From positions 96,028 to 160,027 of the forward strand of contig CBDCXM010000003.1 in the NCBI GenBank assembly GCA_965223855.1: DNA of 64,000 nt, in the 5' to 3' direction. The notes below the pieces were generated by a model. That model saw only the letters and a list, made by a program, of their open reading frames with translations. It was not told where the DNA came from and made no database searches. Both the position numbers and the translations under genes were made by a program. Shown piece after piece: positions 62,296-64,000 of this stretch (its first letter is position 1; every line of letters begins with the position of its first letter). The DNA comes from Candidatus Multivoradales bacterium. Its GTDB lineage: Bacteria; Acidobacteriota; Thermoanaerobaculia; Multivoradales; JAHEKO01.

Positions 62296-63969
62296 TCAGA
62301 CTTCCCTGCGCAGTCGCAGGAAATCGACGACCAGCTGCTCGCCGGCGCCACCCGAGTTCTGGAGCGCCACCTCCATCAGGAGCGCGGTCTGCACCCGGTC
62401 GGGATTGAGACCGCCGAGTGCCGGATGGTCGAGATCGATGCGGATCTTCGAGCCGCGAGAAAAGATCTTGACGGGCCGCTCGCTCGCGCCGCCGGTCACC
62501 AGCTCGACCGCGTAGCGCTCCTTGCCGACGACAACCTCGAGATCGTAGAGCTCCGGGTGCAGCCGTACGGTCCGGCCCGGGCCGATCTGGTACGCCTCGC
62601 GCTCTCCCTTCCCGTCGACGAGCTCGGGGTCGCGCACCACCTGGGCGCGCTCCTTCTCGAGTCGCGCGACGACATCGGGGAACGCCCGGCCGCGCATGGC
62701 GAACGGGCTGACCACGCCGCTCGGCGGAACGAGTCGCTCACGATCCGGAAACACCTTCTCGAAGGCCGCACCGACCCTCCGGACCCTCCACGCGAGGGTC
62801 TTGTAGCGGTCGAGAATCCTCTTGACGTCGACCGACCAGCGCTGGCGGCGCTGGATCCGCTTGACGAAACGGCCGATCCGCGGCCGCACGAACGCCTCGA
62901 TCTCGCGATAGTCGGCCGAGTCGCGCTGGAAGCGGCTGCGATCGATCGCCACCAGCCGCTGGCGATCGAACTCGCCGCCGATGAAGACCTCGCCGGTCAG
63001 ATAGGCGCGAGCGCCGGCATCCTGGTGGTAGCCGAAGAACGTGTTCTCCTCCACCGCCGCGCTCTGAAGCCGCGCACACAACCCCCGCCATTCACCTGGC
63101 ACCTTTTCTTCACTGTCGACGAAATAGCCGAAAACGCGCAGTACGCGGTCACCGGTGGCGGTCGAGACGGCGAGCGGAGCTTCGAACCCCCGCACGTCGG
63201 CCCAGCGCTCGTCGGCACGCTCCTCGCTTCCGAACTGGCGCCGGGTGAGACGCAGCGGATCCGCCGAGTAGGGGCTTCGCAGCTCGACCTCGACGGCATA
63301 GCGACGGGCGGTCTTCTCGATCGCCCTCGCCACCGGGGGTGCGCTCCTGGCAAGTGCCGCGACCAGTGAATCTCCGTCGGGCAGAGGGAGGGGGAGCACC
63401 CTTCGCAGCCGCTCCGTGAGGCGCTCGAAGGAGCGCTCGCTCGAGACCTCCTGGAAGATCGGATCGAGCACCTCTTCGAGCACGATCTCGGTGAAGTGGT
63501 CCTTCTTCGGCCCACGATACGGCTCCACCCGGGCGGTGCCGGCCGGCTGGTCGGCGAGATCCCGCCGCCGGTCGTCGAACTGCGCGGTACTGAGCTCCAC
63601 CACCAGGCACTGGGCGGACCCGGCGACCTTGCTGCGGATCGTCGCCCGCGAGGCATAGGAGAGGACCGCCTTGCCGCCGATCCCCTTGCGGCCGAAGTAG
63701 TCGTAGCCGTCGGCCTTGTCGCTGCCACCCAGCGCCATGTACTGCGCCTCGAACTCCTCCGCCGTCATCCCCGCGCCGTCGTCACGGATCGTCGCGCGCC
63801 GGTCGGTGACCACCTCGGTGAGGTCGAGCGTCACCCTGGTCGCGCCGGCGTCCTTGGCGTTCATCACCAGCTCGCGTAGCGCCTTGTCGACCGAGTCGTA
63901 GGCCTGCTCGCCGAGCTCGCGGACGATGTCCGCTTTGGCGTTGAAGTAGATGTTGCGCGCTTTCGGCAT
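62296..63969 (-). CDS. GHKL (HATPase_c_3, MORC/MutL-like) ATPase with unrecognised C-terminal region
   Basis: ALRELVMNAKDA (N box), IRDDGAGM (G1), GRKGIG (G2), HFTEIVL. Confidence 0.85.
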   Translation of the reverse strand: MPKARNIYFNAKADIVRELGEQAYDSVDKALRELVMNAKDAGATRVTLDLTEVVTDRRATIRDDGAGMTAEEFEAQYMALGGSDKADGYDYFGRKGIGGKAVLSYASRATIRSKVAGSAQCLVVELSTAQFDDRRRDLADQPAGTARVEPYRGPKKDHFTEIVLEEVLDPIFQEVSSERSFERLTERLRRVLPLPLPDGDSLVAALARSAPPVARAIEKTARRYAVEVELRSPYSADPLRLTRRQFGSEERADERWADVRGFEAPLAVSTATGDRVLRVFGYFVDSEEKVPGEWRGLCARLQSAAVEENTFFGYHQDAGARAYLTGEVFIGGEFDRQRLVAIDRSRFQRDSADYREIEAFVRPRIGRFVKRIQRRQRWSVDVKRILDRYKTLAWRVRRVGAAFEKVFPDRERLVPPSGVVSPFAMRGRAFPDVVARLEKERAQVVRDPELVDGKGEREAYQIGPGRTVRLHPELYDLEVVVGKERYAVELVTGGASERPVKIFSRGSKIRIDLDHPALGGLNPDRVQTALLMEVALQNSGGAGEQLVVDFLRLRREV

Positions 63970-64000
63970 CGTCGCTTCCCCGGGCTGCTCGTGTGCTCGG

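Overview
GC-rich bacterial DNA. Gene content and order suggest Acidobacteriota, possibly Thermoanaerobaculia-like (inference). The housekeeping core comprises trmJ-eda-hyp-apgM, argS, a fused E1 alpha/beta dehydrogenase, TPP riboswitch-thiC, a dcw cluster (mraZ to ftsZ, lacking murB and ddl), two SurA-like PPIases, mfd, nhaA, ftsB, eno and tRNA-fMet. Accessory genes sit at the left end (TPR-CHAT protease running off the window), at 12-19 kb (PlpD-like patatin/Omp85, lipoprotein, lipase) and from 44.4 kb on (redoxin, sterol desaturase, serine hydrolase, NfeD/flotillin, signal-peptide RHS toxin with HExxH tip plus putative immunity gene, RAYT-like HUH transposase, rhomboid, sulfatase-like lipoprotein, secreted trypsin-like protease, GHKL ATPase). 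Most notable unexplained signals: (1) two inverted copies of a ~165 bp three-way-junction element at 6787-7196 with conserved stems, one compensatory base change, equal-length variable loops and a possible loop-loop pairing; (2) a 16-17 bp non-palindromic motif that brackets the RAYT gene in inverted orientation and recurs nearby, once inside a CDS; (3) an in-frame TGA upstream of the conserved rsmH N-terminus; (4) many apparent leaderless starts and compact divergent promoters. All assignments come from reading motifs by eye; no searches were run.
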